The notes under the pieces were generated by a model. The model saw only the letters and a list, made by a program, of their open reading frames with translations. It ran no database searches and was not told the origin of the DNA. Of a DNA stretch of 64,000 nt, positions 34,402 to 43,510 are shown in pieces (the first letter of the stretch is position 1; each line of letters starts with the position of its first letter). Source of the DNA: a virus; the IMG/VR virus record IMGVR_UViG_3300033066_000905, positions 662 through 64,661 of that record. One strand, given 5' to 3'. Made by a program: the position numbers and the translations under genes.

Positions 34402-34778
34402 TCTACCTCATACCCCAATCCCTGACCGATTCCAAAGCCTTCCCTTTCGGCAAGAGCACCGGAAAGGTCTTTAATATCATTGGCGTCAGGATTTCCACCC
34501 GCAGCCCTAATGTGAGCGCGACGACGAACTTCTTCAAAGTCACGCTCTTCTCTGCCTTCGTTAAGATCAATACCCTGAATTGCGGCAAGAAACTCTCGCT
34601 CACCCTCTGTCCTTTTACGGGCCGCTGTTAGCGTGGCAAGCAGTTCGGGCATGGAAAGTTCATCTTCTAACTGTTCGTAACTTTTCCAATTCCCTAAGAG
34701 AAACAATTCAGATTCTAGTGCAGCAAGGTCTAGGTCCGACCATCCTACACCACCCCCGCCTCCGTCAATAAGTTTGGG
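34398..34778 (-). CDS. Tail assembly chaperone, -1 frameshift extension (G-T type)
   Basis: The -1 frame is open from the slippery site: PKLIDGGGGGVGWSDLDLAALESELFLLGNWK..., and has no good start of its own. Confidence 0.8.
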   Translation of the reverse strand, partial: PKLIDGGGGGVGWSDLDLAALESELFLLGNWKSYEQLEDELSMPELLATLTAARKRTEGEREFLAAIQGIDLNEGREERDFEEVRRRAHIRAAGGNPDANDIKDLSGALAEREGFGIGQGLGYEVD

Positions 34779-35068
34779 TCTGCCATCTTAATCCCACCAG
34801 CAATCTCAATGATCTTCCACATTGTAGGAACATCAAGCGCTTCCTCAAGCAACTCACGATTGTTGGAGATGTTTGGTACTTGCTTTTCTAGTGCTACTCC
34901 ACAGGCGGTAACAAGAACCTCAAGATTCTCGTCCTCACCGGCCTCCGGATTCATGCCCTTCATAACTTCCATAAACTTGCGTAGCAAGCGAATGTTCAAC
35001 GGCTTCACCGTAACAACGGTACCGTCCTGTAGTTCTACCTCTAGTGTGTCGTAAATCTTAGTTGCCAT
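34745..35068 (-). CDS. Tail assembly chaperone
   Basis: 107 aa between major tail and tape measure; SD AGGAGG. Confidence 0.85.
   Translation of the reverse strand: MATKIYDTLEVELQDGTVVTVKPLNIRLLRKFMEVMKGMNPEAGEDENLEVLVTACGVALEKQVPNISNNRELLEEALDVPTMWKIIEIAGGIKMADPNLLTEAGVV
34772..34778 (-). other. Programmed -1 ribosomal frameshift slippery heptamer C CCA AAC
   Basis: X XXY YYZ heptamer in the correct frame (GAC CCA AAC) near the chaperone 3' end. Confidence 0.75.
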
Positions 35069-35127
35069 ATTTTCCTCCTATTCGGCTGTTAGAATTATAA
35101 CAAGCGCTACAAATAAAAGCAACATGA

Positions 35128-35160
35128 CAAAGGCCGCGAACCAAACGGTTCGCGGCCAAT
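35128..35160 (-). terminator. Intrinsic terminator after major tail gene
   Basis: 11-bp stem GGCCGCGAACC/GGTTCGCGGCC (35132-35157) followed by TTT on the minus strand. Confidence 0.75.
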
Positions 35161-35175
35161 GCCAGTGATAGACTG

Positions 35176-35859
35176 TTAGCCTGTGATATCAACAATCTTT
35201 CCGTAAGCCGAATAGGAAGAAGTTGTATCGGGCAAAAGCCTGAATGTCACGGGGAACACGGTCGCCTCGTTACGACGCAACGAGTGCGCTGATGCCTCCA
35301 TGGAAACCGCGCGAGAAGCGACGTAAACGCGCTGCTTTGCGTTACCTAGAGTTGAAGAGCCTGCCGGTGCTGGCCCAACGAAGAAGAGAACCCTCTCGTT
35401 AGGAGCATCGCCTAGGCTACCTGGCTTCACGTAGATAGACTTCTCAGTCGTACCAACGGGAGTCTGAGCATCGTCCCACACAATCACTAGGTTTTCTAGT
35501 GTTGCCTCAGCAAAGGTTGTCTTAACCTGAACGCTCATCTTCTGCTTGAACAGACGAGCAGCGTCAAGCAACTGATCAACCTCAACCTCGCCATAGTCGG
35601 GAGAGTAGGATACCTCAACGCCTTCCTGAGTCAGACCTACGTCTGCGACGGAAAGTGTTTGTGCGCCCACAGTAAGAGTTTTTGGCGTGGTGGCGTCATT
35701 AATCCATCCACGGTAGTCCTTACCTGTAGAGACAGCGGTCTTTAGTGCTGACCAGATAGGATCAATTCCTGTTGCGGCACTTAGAGTTGTCCCAGCGCCC
35801 CATGTGCCAACGCCAATTTCTGCGGCGCCGACGATAATATTGCTAGTTGTACCTGCCAT
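35176..35859 (-). CDS. Major tail protein
   Basis: NIIVGAA start, VGLTQEGVEVSYSPDYGEVEVDQ, FPVTFRLLPD; position before the chaperones. Confidence 0.88.
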   Translation of the reverse strand: MAGTTSNIIVGAAEIGVGTWGAGTTLSAATGIDPIWSALKTAVSTGKDYRGWINDATTPKTLTVGAQTLSVADVGLTQEGVEVSYSPDYGEVEVDQLLDAARLFKQKMSVQVKTTFAEATLENLVIVWDDAQTPVGTTEKSIYVKPGSLGDAPNERVLFFVGPAPAGSSTLGNAKQRVYVASRAVSMEASAHSLRRNEATVFPVTFRLLPDTTSSYSAYGKIVDITG

Positions 35860-35938
35860 ATTTATTTTTCACCTCTCTTTCAAATGAAGAGTTGTCTTGC
35901 TGGCCGATTCCTCGCCACTGATAGTAACTTAAATTGAT

Positions 35939-36445
35939 TTATGAAGCAAATCTTCCGTTGGTCCCAATTGACCTTGTGTACTGATAGTTGATTGTTATTG
36001 AGGCTCCTACCCGCCCGCCTTCTGACACTGCTGGTTCTGGTGCTGACGAAGAGACTAAATAAACACACAGAAAAGTGTTTGGGCTTGTTACGTATCCGTT
36101 AATGTCCATCGCCGTCAAATCGTGTCGCCTAAAAATGTCTACGATAAGATTTTGTATTGCCAATACTTTTCCATAATCAACAGAATACACATAAAATGTA
36201 ATTTCTTCTTCGACAATCCAATACTGATCGCTAACTGTTGATAGCGGAGTCATGTCGTACACAACAAAAGGCAAATCACTGTTGGTGTTAATAACCTCCG
36301 GCAATTGCTGTATTGGTATCACAGGATCAAACACCCCGAAGTCTTGCGTGTAGTCTGTTGATTTAATAATATTAGAAGCGTACAGTTCTTTTAGCAGATA
36401 CTTTCTAATATCCACCGCCGCTCCGTGTGTCCAATCTACTGTCAT
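35939..36445 (-). CDS. Putative tail terminator/completion protein
   Basis: PFVVY motif; position immediately before the major tail gene. Confidence 0.6.
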   Translation of the reverse strand: MTVDWTHGAAVDIRKYLLKELYASNIIKSTDYTQDFGVFDPVIPIQQLPEVINTNSDLPFVVYDMTPLSTVSDQYWIVEEEITFYVYSVDYGKVLAIQNLIVDIFRRHDLTAMDINGYVTSPNTFLCVYLVSSSAPEPAVSEGGRVGASITINYQYTRSIGTNGRFAS

Positions 36446-37245
36446 TTAAGTCCCACCTCGGTAGCGACTGACCTTCCAATAGACTTTGCAACAGAAGAAC
36501 TAGGAATGTTTACCTGTATACCTCTCAGAGCAGCGATACTTCCAGCGAGTTTTGCTTTACGAACCTGTCTCTCGTACGCTTTTGCTGCGGTGGCCTTTGC
36601 TGGACCTTCAAAATACGCTCTTGTTGCTGCGGACATTGCACCAAACGTTGCCTGCTTGCGCGTATCAATTGTTACAGACTTCAAGCGTAAAAAGTGTATT
36701 TTTCCATCAGCAAAAAACACCAAAAATTTTCCATTTCCTTTTGGCTTAATGTTTAACGATTTTCCGTACTCAAAGGCCATGGCTCTGTCAGGAAACTTGT
36801 GTCGCCGCTTAACAAATTTTCCTGTTTTTCCTGGTGTCGCCAATTCTTGACGAACCGGGGTCAACATTTTTGACGGCCTGTAACGCAACTGTAATTTCAT
36901 TGTTGACTGGTAGCGCTTGTCTGCCACAATAAGATCAAACAGCCTGTACGCCGTTTGACCTGTATGATTTGGTTCATAAACATGGTGAAACTTTTTAGGG
37001 TTGGCTATGGCCATGCCATTAATGTACGCTCTGTGTGAACGTTCAAGAGAGTTAGCCAATTTGAGTTGCATTGCGTAAACCTGTTCCGGCGCTGTCATTA
37101 CGTACCCCGCCGCATAAGCGGCATTAGCAATGCTTTGCGGAGCCTTATTAATGTTACTTTTAATCATTCCGGTCGTACTAGGAAATCCACCAGCCAGCGG
37201 ATTTGACGACTGCAACATAGCAAACTCTTGCTCTAGACTACCCAC
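36442..37245 (-). CDS. Neck-region hypothetical protein
   Basis: 267-aa basic ORF (FHHVYE...RLF) between head closure and tail terminator. Confidence 0.6.
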   Translation of the reverse strand: MGSLEQEFAMLQSSNPLAGGFPSTTGMIKSNINKAPQSIANAAYAAGYVMTAPEQVYAMQLKLANSLERSHRAYINGMAIANPKKFHHVYEPNHTGQTAYRLFDLIVADKRYQSTMKLQLRYRPSKMLTPVRQELATPGKTGKFVKRRHKFPDRAMAFEYGKSLNIKPKGNGKFLVFFADGKIHFLRLKSVTIDTRKQATFGAMSAATRAYFEGPAKATAAKAYERQVRKAKLAGSIAALRGIQVNIPSSSVAKSIGRSVATEVGLK

Positions 37246-37657
37246 TGACTCCCTGCACCTCCGAAGAACTCATGTAAGCGATGTATCCATTGAACGCCCC
37301 AAATCCGTCAACGAGCGAAGTAGTGGAAAGAATGTCAAACACTGTCGGGTTGTGGTCGTTGTTTGTTTCACTGTACAACAATTTACCGTTTGAATCCAAA
37401 ACATTTGTTATTTTGTCACGATCAGACAGCGGCTCTGCCGTACTCAAAATAAGATTTTGTCCGCTGACGTAAACGTTTCCCCACGTTTCGCTGTTGTCGC
37501 TACTGGAGTAGTTAGTAATGTTTCTTGCAATGAAGCAATCAATTGTTTTTTCGTACGACCACGACCTTACTACCTGTCCGGTCTCCGACTGACTTTTTGT
37601 TTGACGATAAACGTCCGCCTTCATGGAATACTTTGCGCCAGTTAAGCAACCGTACAT
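37238..37657 (-). CDS. Head-to-tail stopper / head closure protein
   Basis: MKADVYRQ...GQVVRSW...IDC pattern; synteny. Confidence 0.65.
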   Translation of the reverse strand: MYGCLTGAKYSMKADVYRQTKSQSETGQVVRSWSYEKTIDCFIARNITNYSSSDNSETWGNVYVSGQNLILSTAEPLSDRDKITNVLDSNGKLLYSETNNDHNPTVFDILSTTSLVDGFGAFNGYIAYMSSSEVQGVSG

Positions 37658-38590
37658 TTAGTACACCACAAAACCGAGAGTGACGTACGGCTCAAGCAAT
37701 TTGTCCACATAAAAATTACCGGTGTTCAAGAATGCGCGCTTATCAAACGACGTTCTCACAACTCCGGACTGCATCACATCAACGTACTTTTTGCGCCAGC
37801 GCGACTCTCCACAGAACCAGTCGTCAATGAGCAACTTGTGTGCTTCCGACACCGCCGCCGGAACCGAATCCCAGCCAAACGTTCCGGTAATACGGTAATT
37901 CTTTTTTGAATAGAAAATTCCGGTTGTCCACGTAGACAAAGTTTCCGGAACCACAATCACGTCCTCATTGTTTCTAATGTTAATGGCGTAACGTGTCGGA
38001 GAAATAATGTTACGCGTGTCTGTCGCCCCGTCGTACACCAACAGTCCTGTGTCGGTGCTGACGTAAGTATTGTCGTCGTAGACAGCATAGTCCGGATACG
38101 ACCAAATTTCATCAATGTCAAGGATTCGCTTCTCAAGCGTCAGCGTGTCTTTGTCGTTGCCGTCTTTCCATATTGTTTCTTTCCACTTGCCAAATTCTTG
38201 ACCCGTGTAGCCGTGAATCATTAGTTTTGCAAACCTTGCGGCCTGCTTTACCTGCTCGTCTGTGGCACCGGCCACCGAAGGCACCAGTGTGCGTATCTCT
38301 GTGAGGCTAGAATACGGCGTAGTAAATTCAATGACGGTTTCTTGGGTCTGTTCCACCCCGCCAATTTCATACGTCCATGTGAGCGTCTGTGTTTGATCGT
38401 AGTCAAGGTTTACGTCAGACTGACTCAGCGAAGCCTTGTACTTTCCAGTAGAAATCTTTGACACCGGAACGGTGCTTCCAAGAAGCCCACCGCTCAAGTG
38501 GGCCACCGGAGTAGCGTCAGCGTCCACCAGGGTCGCGCCACTCTTTACATAGACAATAACATCGTCTGGAACGCCACGATAAATTTCCAT
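37658..38590 (-). CDS. Head-to-tail adaptor
   Basis: YSSLTEIR...IHGYTGQEF...GTFGWDSVPAAV...VDKLLEPY; synteny. Confidence 0.75.
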   Translation of the reverse strand: MEIYRGVPDDVIVYVKSGATLVDADATPVAHLSGGLLGSTVPVSKISTGKYKASLSQSDVNLDYDQTQTLTWTYEIGGVEQTQETVIEFTTPYSSLTEIRTLVPSVAGATDEQVKQAARFAKLMIHGYTGQEFGKWKETIWKDGNDKDTLTLEKRILDIDEIWSYPDYAVYDDNTYVSTDTGLLVYDGATDTRNIISPTRYAINIRNNEDVIVVPETLSTWTTGIFYSKKNYRITGTFGWDSVPAAVSEAHKLLIDDWFCGESRWRKKYVDVMQSGVVRTSFDKRAFLNTGNFYVDKLLEPYVTLGFVVY

Positions 38591-38614
38591 ATAAATATTG
38601 TAGCACGAACGTGA

Positions 38615-39013
38615 TTAAGAGTAAAAGTCCTTAACCTCGCTGGGTGTTGCCAACCTGAAGCCGTCCTCCGTATCAAAGATTTCCTGGGCGTCTTCTTCCG
38701 TCATGGCAACGTACGGATGCACCTTGGTAAACACGTGCTTTCCGATCTCATACAAAGGATTTCCCCGATCCATTTTTACCAAAACGGTCTGTCCCTCAGG
38801 AACAATGTTGTTTTGCTTCTTGTCGTAAAAAACCTCAATCTCGGAATCTTCTGTCTTTTCAGTGTTAGCAAGATTGTCGTACACCTCGTAGGTGACTCCC
38901 TCTTCCGCCAGCATTGCGATAATGTCTTTCTTGTTCTTGGCACCCTCAAGGTCCACACCAAAACTCTCGGCAACGTTCCGTAGTTCTGCGACCTTTAGTG
39001 TATCGAAACTCAT
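38615..39013 (-). CDS. Hypothetical protein with Rho-N/HeH-like N-terminus
   Basis: LKVAELRNVAESFGVDL...KKDII; SD GAAAGGA before ATG 39013. Confidence 0.7.
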   Translation of the reverse strand: MSFDTLKVAELRNVAESFGVDLEGAKNKKDIIAMLAEEGVTYEVYDNLANTEKTEDSEIEVFYDKKQNNIVPEGQTVLVKMDRGNPLYEIGKHVFTKVHPYVAMTEEDAQEIFDTEDGFRLATPSEVKDFYS

Positions 39014-39111
39014 TTTTTCCTTTCGTCTGTTTGTGTGCTGCACCACCGGTCCCGCTTTACCAGCGGGACCAGCGGGCTATTCAGTTGTGAGTCTATTATA
39101 CCACACAAAAC

Positions 39112-39143
39112 ACTAAAGGCCAGGACGACTGTCCTGGCCCAAA
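39112..39143 (-). terminator. Intrinsic terminator after major capsid gene
   Basis: 9-bp stem GGCCAGGAC/GTCCTGGCC (39118-39139) followed by TTT. Confidence 0.7.
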
Positions 39144-39172
39144 GTGCGGCTTTTATTGCCTGTGTCGTTTGC

Positions 39173-40168
39173 TTAGGAAGCAACCTTGACATTTTTCACT
39201 ACTACGTAGGCATCAAGATTCTCCACAGCGCAACCAACTCGGGTGAATACGGTGTACTCAGTCGTATCCTTCTTGGGCTGGTACAGACGATGCACGACGA
39301 TATCACGCTTGATACCAACAATACGGTTGTTGGGGAACGTAAGATCAACGCGACCGTGAACACCAGAAGCACCTGAGTATGTACCGGCCAAGTCCTCTTT
39401 GAAGAGAGGAACCTCAACCACGGGCACACCAAATGCGTAAGGATAGTTTCCGCCAGCAGCACCCTGTGGACCTGATGGGTTACCCTGGATAATGCCAGAA
39501 GCAATATCGTCGGGGGTTCCACCAACACCAATGGCTGTTAGGTTGTACAGGTAATCCTGCACAAGGTTGGAGCCGGTGTAGAAACGGAGAAGGTTACGAC
39601 GCTGCTTGTAGATTCGTGGAAGATTCTTAAGAGCAGAGTTGAATGTTGCCTTGGAAATGGTATCGCCACCACCCTCTACAACGCGACCGCCGCCAAGTGC
39701 TAGTGTATGGAAACCATCAAAAGCCTTGTAAAGCGGATCACCTGTTTGAGCCGTGTCACCATTGATTAGCAAATCCTCAATGTCGTTTCCAGCCTGAGTA
39801 GCCATTAGGCGTGCAATGTGATCCTCAAGAGCATCACCTTCGATGTTGTCCTCAAGGGCTTCGGTGGAGAGTTCCCAATCCAGTCGCAACTTCTTAGTTG
39901 TGAGTGAAACCTTTGTGAATGTAGCATCTGCGTTCACACCGTCTGATACGGCCTCGGTTGCGAGACGAACCAACTTGGAGCCAACGGCAACCTTATCAAG
40001 GTCAACAGTGTCGGCACGCATACGGATCGTACGGGCATCCTGAGCAATAACAGTGGCATCCCAAATGTAGTCAATGAAACGATTTGACTGCTCGGGGTTG
40101 AGAAGACCTCCACCTCCAGCAGCGACCTCGTTAGTGCGAACTACCTTTTCTAGAATTTCATCGCTCAT
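39173..40168 (-). CDS. Major capsid protein (HK97 fold)
   Basis: GGLLNPEQSNRFID, LTTKKLRLDWELSTEALEDNIEG; follows the protease/scaffold gene. Confidence 0.92.
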   Translation of the reverse strand: MSDEILEKVVRTNEVAAGGGGLLNPEQSNRFIDYIWDATVIAQDARTIRMRADTVDLDKVAVGSKLVRLATEAVSDGVNADATFTKVSLTTKKLRLDWELSTEALEDNIEGDALEDHIARLMATQAGNDIEDLLINGDTAQTGDPLYKAFDGFHTLALGGGRVVEGGGDTISKATFNSALKNLPRIYKQRRNLLRFYTGSNLVQDYLYNLTAIGVGGTPDDIASGIIQGNPSGPQGAAGGNYPYAFGVPVVEVPLFKEDLAGTYSGASGVHGRVDLTFPNNRIVGIKRDIVVHRLYQPKKDTTEYTVFTRVGCAVENLDAYVVVKNVKVAS

Positions 40169-40208
40169 GTTATTTTTTCACCTACCTTTCTTTTTAGTAT
40201 TTTGTGAA

Positions 40209-41543
40209 TCAGAGTTCATCGGCATTGAGGAATGAGCCAGCCCACATACTCTTCTTACTTTGTTCTGGTTCACGGCCAAGTTCACCAGACTTCTTCATTG
40301 CAGTCTCACCCTCCACAGCGCCTAGACGCTTGGCAACACCACCAAATTCCTCCTTGGTGGCCTCCAAATCACTCGCTAGTGACTTGATGGTGGACTCCAA
40401 AACCTCGATCTTGCTATCGAAAGCCTTAGTAACCTCTGAAACAGCGGTTTCTACGGCAGCAGACGCGGCCTTGGAAGCGCTGGCGGTAACTCCACCCAGA
40501 GCCTCGGACACGTAAGCCTTAAAATCTTCGATGAGAGCGGCGGTATCAGGAGTTGCGACCTCTGCCTCAACCGACTCTTCCGAATCGGTAGTCTCCGCTA
40601 CGGCCTCTGTGGCCTCTTCCGCAGACTTCTCAACAGACTCTTCCGCAACAACTTCTTCGATCTGCTCGGCAGAACCCTCCACCGACTTCTCAATATCTTC
40701 TACTACAGTTTCCTGTGTCTCTTCTGTCATATTATCAACACCTCCTTTGCTAATGCCCTCGCTTTCCGCAAGAGCAACAGAAGTATCATCAGCAGCCTTT
40801 GACTTGCTGATGTATGAATTGACCGTCTGCTGCATTTTGGTTGCAATGTTAGCGTCAGATTCAACCCAGCCAATGTTCTCCATAGACTTCCCACAAGAAA
40901 AGCAGGACGGAGATGTTTCATTCTTACTGGCGATTGCTATTTGGTCAGCACCGCACCAGTAAATGTTTTCTGTCTCAACATCAACAGCAATTCCGGAGGC
41001 GGTTTTAATTACGGCCCCGGCCTCATTTACTGTTTTTGTGATGGAAACAATGTTAGCAAGTTCGTTGGCAGGATTGTCCACAACACTCAACTCAAACAAA
41101 TCCATTTTGCTGATCACCCGAATCATGCTGTTTGCAACCTTATCAAACACGTCTTCGGCGTCAACAATTACTCCACCAATAGAAAACCCGGTCAAAGTTC
41201 CGTCAAGAATCTTCTCCCAGGTGTCCTGTGCTCCGGTAGAAATGTACGCCGTTACGTACACTCCGGAATAAGTTTTGTCTGTCTCCGCGTCGTACAAAGG
41301 CTTCTGGTCAAATGACACGACCTTGCCAACAGCAATTGGCTGGTGCATTTCACGCAAATTGCCGCGAAAACGGTCAAAAGCGTCAACGGCCGCTTCGGCC
41401 GTCACAATGTCACCCTGAGAGTCAAGATTGTCCAATGAAGCGAAACCGGACACGGTTCTGTTTTCCGAATCAACCTTGTTGATTGGCATGGCGAGTGATA
41501 CACGACCCGAATCGGACACCCAGTGAGCCTTGGAAATATTCAT
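40209..41543 (-). CDS. Capsid maturation protease with acidic scaffold-like C-terminus
   Basis: LREMHQ, TGFSIGG, ELSVVDNPAN; E/A-rich C-terminal half. Confidence 0.88.
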   Translation of the reverse strand: MNISKAHWVSDSGRVSLAMPINKVDSENRTVSGFASLDNLDSQGDIVTAEAAVDAFDRFRGNLREMHQPIAVGKVVSFDQKPLYDAETDKTYSGVYVTAYISTGAQDTWEKILDGTLTGFSIGGVIVDAEDVFDKVANSMIRVISKMDLFELSVVDNPANELANIVSITKTVNEAGAVIKTASGIAVDVETENIYWCGADQIAIASKNETSPSCFSCGKSMENIGWVESDANIATKMQQTVNSYISKSKAADDTSVALAESEGISKGGVDNMTEETQETVVEDIEKSVEGSAEQIEEVVAEESVEKSAEEATEAVAETTDSEESVEAEVATPDTAALIEDFKAYVSEALGGVTASASKAASAAVETAVSEVTKAFDSKIEVLESTIKSLASDLEATKEEFGGVAKRLGAVEGETAMKKSGELGREPEQSKKSMWAGSFLNADEL

Positions 41544-41582
41544 ATCAGTGAGATAATAGCATTCGTAATTTTTAAATGCAAA

Positions 41583-43130
41583 TTATGCTTGTGCTCGCCC
41601 CTCGCCCTTTGGCTGTCTCGCGTCACCGGTTTGATCCGGAGCGTTTGCCTGACGTTGCTGGTCCCGCTGACGGTTGCCCGTTGCCTGAGCGGTTTGTTCA
41701 GCGGCCTGCTGTGGTTTGAGATCAATTGGTGCGTCGCCGCCTTTGAGACCAGGCAGTCCCTTGCGCGCGCGAACCTCGTTGGGAGTGAACGTCTTCATGC
41801 GCAGGTAACGCTCGTCAATGCGTGACTGAGTGTCTTCGTCTGTCAGAGTCAACTCGTTCAACTTGAACAGGTGCGTGTCGGTAAACTCTGAAATGATACG
41901 ATTGATCTTTTTTTCAATGACACGCTGAGTCGGTGAGCATACCTGCTCCTTAAACGTCTTGTCCGCGTCCTTGGCAATGGCCAAAGACACCCCGTCAGGA
42001 ATGCCAATCTTTGAAATGGGTACCCGATGGGCCATGAGAATGTCATCACGGTTCAGATTGTGATAACTGTCAAAGGACGAGTCCTGTACACCGTTTTCTA
42101 CCGCCTCAAGTTTCAGTTCAACCTTACGGTTGGGATCGTCGGCGGGAAGAGGAATGAACAGACTGCGATGGTTTTGCCCCTTAAGGTTTGTCTCAAAGAA
42201 CTCCAGCAGTTTTTGCTCGTTCTGTGTGTCAAGTTTGGCACCCTTCAACGAAATAATGTATCGTGGGACTGCCTTGTGCTCAAAGTAGTCCAGATTGAAT
42301 CGGCTAGCAAATTCGTTACCAGCCACCGCATTTTTTGCGGAAATAATGTCCGGAACGCCATAGTAACTGTTAGTTGGCGTGTACTTCTTTAAATGAATGA
42401 CTTCATTGGGACGGTCGTCCTTTCCCAGCGGATCGGGAGTTTCTTGATCCCCATAGTTACGGAAGAACGTGGCCTTGTTGCTAACAATTTGTACGAACCC
42501 ATCGCGCTTTAAACGCACGCGCATGTGTACTGACGGGATGTGGCCAATGTACCCAATGTCCCCATTTGTTGTTCGCCCGACCTCAATGTATCCGTTTCCT
42601 GTCACCTCGTAATCCGTGACGGCCTTCATTAATGTCTCAACGAGTAGCGAGTCTTCGTTCAATTCGTCAAGTACACGGAACAATTCCTGCTTCTGGCGTT
42701 CTAGTTTTGCCCGCACCTTTTGTAGTTTTGACTCGTCCTCAATGTTTTCTAGTTTTTGTTTTACGTCAGACGATTCAACAAGATCGTATCCAAGGCCCAC
42801 AATGTTGGACACCTTGGCGTCCACCGCCGCGTGATGGTAGGAAGAAATTTCGTAAAGTTTTGACAGATACGTCAAATTGTACGCAGGGGTGGCCACCTGG
42901 AAAATGTCGTAGCCGGTAAGAGTGTAGTACTCGTTTTGCTTTGACTCCGCTCCGTCCTGACCACGGAAAAACTTTGTAATTTTACGCTTGAACGCTGGAG
43001 AAATTCCTGTCAGTGCCCGCGCTTTTTCTTGTGACAGGCTAAAATTGTCGGCCTCAAATTCTTGATTGGCCTTCTTTTTTGTTGTTACGACGCGAACGGC
43101 CGAATCGTCGTCGTCAATGTACTCAGCCAT
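41583..43130 (-). CDS. Portal protein
   Basis: TGNGYIE, NEVIH, YYGVPD, TPNEVRARKGL motifs. Confidence 0.92.
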   Translation of the reverse strand: MAEYIDDDDSAVRVVTTKKKANQEFEADNFSLSQEKARALTGISPAFKRKITKFFRGQDGAESKQNEYYTLTGYDIFQVATPAYNLTYLSKLYEISSYHHAAVDAKVSNIVGLGYDLVESSDVKQKLENIEDESKLQKVRAKLERQKQELFRVLDELNEDSLLVETLMKAVTDYEVTGNGYIEVGRTTNGDIGYIGHIPSVHMRVRLKRDGFVQIVSNKATFFRNYGDQETPDPLGKDDRPNEVIHLKKYTPTNSYYGVPDIISAKNAVAGNEFASRFNLDYFEHKAVPRYIISLKGAKLDTQNEQKLLEFFETNLKGQNHRSLFIPLPADDPNRKVELKLEAVENGVQDSSFDSYHNLNRDDILMAHRVPISKIGIPDGVSLAIAKDADKTFKEQVCSPTQRVIEKKINRIISEFTDTHLFKLNELTLTDEDTQSRIDERYLRMKTFTPNEVRARKGLPGLKGGDAPIDLKPQQAAEQTAQATGNRQRDQQRQANAPDQTGDARQPKGEGRAQA

Positions 43131-43479
43131 ACCGCTTGCGTTGCCTCAACTCGTCTTTAATAACACCAAGATCATCAGGGTCAGGAGTCAGACCGGCCTG
43201 CAAACGCGCCTGCTGATCCTCGTATTCGGCGTCTGTGACGCGGCGGTGGCCTGGGAAAAACACAGGCTCTCCCTCGCTAATTCCGTACGATGCCACTGCC
43301 TGCCTGAGACGCGCAATCTTTTCAATGCTTCCGTACACGGCAGCAATGTTTAAAAAGTTTCCCTCTGAGTCACCAACAAATTGTCCGTTTGGCATTTTCC
43401 AAAGATACAGACCAAACTTGTCATGGTCTTCGTAGACCACCCTGGTTTTACTTTTTCCTGTCCTAGTGTCGTTTTCCAT
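43123..43479 (-). CDS. Hypothetical phage protein upstream of portal
   Basis: GLYLWKMPNG...; ATG 43479 lies 6 nt after TGGTACCAT. The track extension to 43698 overlaps the next gene. Confidence 0.7.
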   Translation of the reverse strand: MENDTRTGKSKTRVVYEDHDKFGLYLWKMPNGQFVGDSEGNFLNIAAVYGSIEKIARLRQAVASYGISEGEPVFFPGHRRVTDAEYEDQQARLQAGLTPDPDDLGVIKDELRQRKRYG

Positions 43480-43510
43480 GCAGCAATGGTACCAATTTAG
43501 TGTTTTAATG

